This document shows positions 17,620 to 18,305 of a stretch of 18,305 nucleotides of DNA, in pieces; positions within the stretch are counted from its first letter, which is position 1; each line of letters starts with the position of its first letter. The notes beneath the pieces were generated by a model that made no database searches, had not been told where the DNA came from, and worked only from the letters and a program-made list of their open reading frames with translations. This DNA comes from Octopus sinensis (lineage: Eukaryota). The position numbers and the translations under genes are program-made. The DNA lies in assembly GCF_006345805.1 (NCBI RefSeq), contig NW_021824529.1:1-18305 (forward strand), read 5' to 3'.

Positions 17620-18305
17620 ATTCATTTTTTTTTCTTTTATTACGTTTGATTTCTGATTGTTTGTCTTTGCAATTTTTTGTAATCTTGCATTTTTCTTTTT
17701 TTTTCTTTTTTTCTGTATTTTACTATTTCTAATTTCTAATTTTTTTTTTGTTTTTTTCTAATTGCTTTTTTATTTTGCTTATTTTTTTCCTTATTTTCTT
17801 TATTTTTAATTTTTCTTTCTTATTTTTATCATTTTTCTAATTTTCTTTTTTTTTTATTTTTCCTAATTTTTTCTTCTTTTTTTTTCATTTTGCTTTGATC
17901 ATTTTTCTAATTTTCTTATTTTTCTTTATTTTATTTTTCTGTATGCTTGCTTTTTTTTTTTCAATTTTTCATATTTTTCATATTTTTCTTAAATTTTTCC
18001 TATTTTCTCTTTTTTTACTAATTTTTCATATTTTTCTAGTTTGCCTTTTTTTTTTTACTTATTTCTCTTTATTTTCTCTCTCATTTTATTCATTCTTTTA
18101 CTTATTTATTTATAACAGACTCTTTGACTCCAATTTTGTTTATTTGTTTATTTATTTACATTCTTATTTTTGGTTCCGTTCTCTTTTTTTACGTCTGGAA
18201 TGTTCTTCGGTTCCATTTGCTCTTCTTTTAGCTCATTCCAGTTTTTTGTTTATTGTTTTATTTGTTTATTTGGTCTTTTCGAGGGGGGGTATATATTTTG
18301 GTTTG
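17620..18305. repeat. T-rich low-complexity tract (degenerate poly-T/pyrimidine)
   Basis: Direct inspection; strongly strand-asymmetric, with short recurrent words (tttttctaatttt, tttttcatattttt). Confidence 0.85.

Noticed and set aside
1-18305. CRISPR arrays or prokaryotic defence systems
   Set aside because: No regularly spaced repeat-spacer array and no operon-like ORFs; all periodicity is microsatellite or eukaryotic TE.

Overview
AT-rich eukaryotic non-coding DNA, almost certainly intronic or intergenic octopus (coleoid cephalopod) sequence. The taxon call comes from recognising the SINE families from memory, not from a database search. No intact protein-coding gene was found: the long ORFs in the track are translated microsatellites or transposon relics. 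The window is dominated by three tRNA-derived SINE families (here A, B, C; about 20 copies or fragments) and many microsatellites. It also holds a Helentron/DINE-1-like element, a MITE with an 8-bp TSD carrying TTAGGG repeats, and an unexplained 175-nt foldback. The most informative structures are: (i) a shattered R4/Dong-clade non-LTR retrotransposon whose restriction-like endonuclease region can be reassembled from three pieces (13820-16119), plus a second, diverged family member at 413-1363; (ii) a 1126-bp hAT-bounded insertion inside that retrotransposon whose interior is largely copied from two nearby loci in this window, one direct and one inverted, creating a long inverted repeat; (iii) a tandem pair of Penelope/retrozyme-like units with a minimal hammerhead-ribozyme fold carrying an unusual C at core position 4. 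All coordinates were read by hand; boundaries of degraded repeats are approximate (about +/-10 bp).
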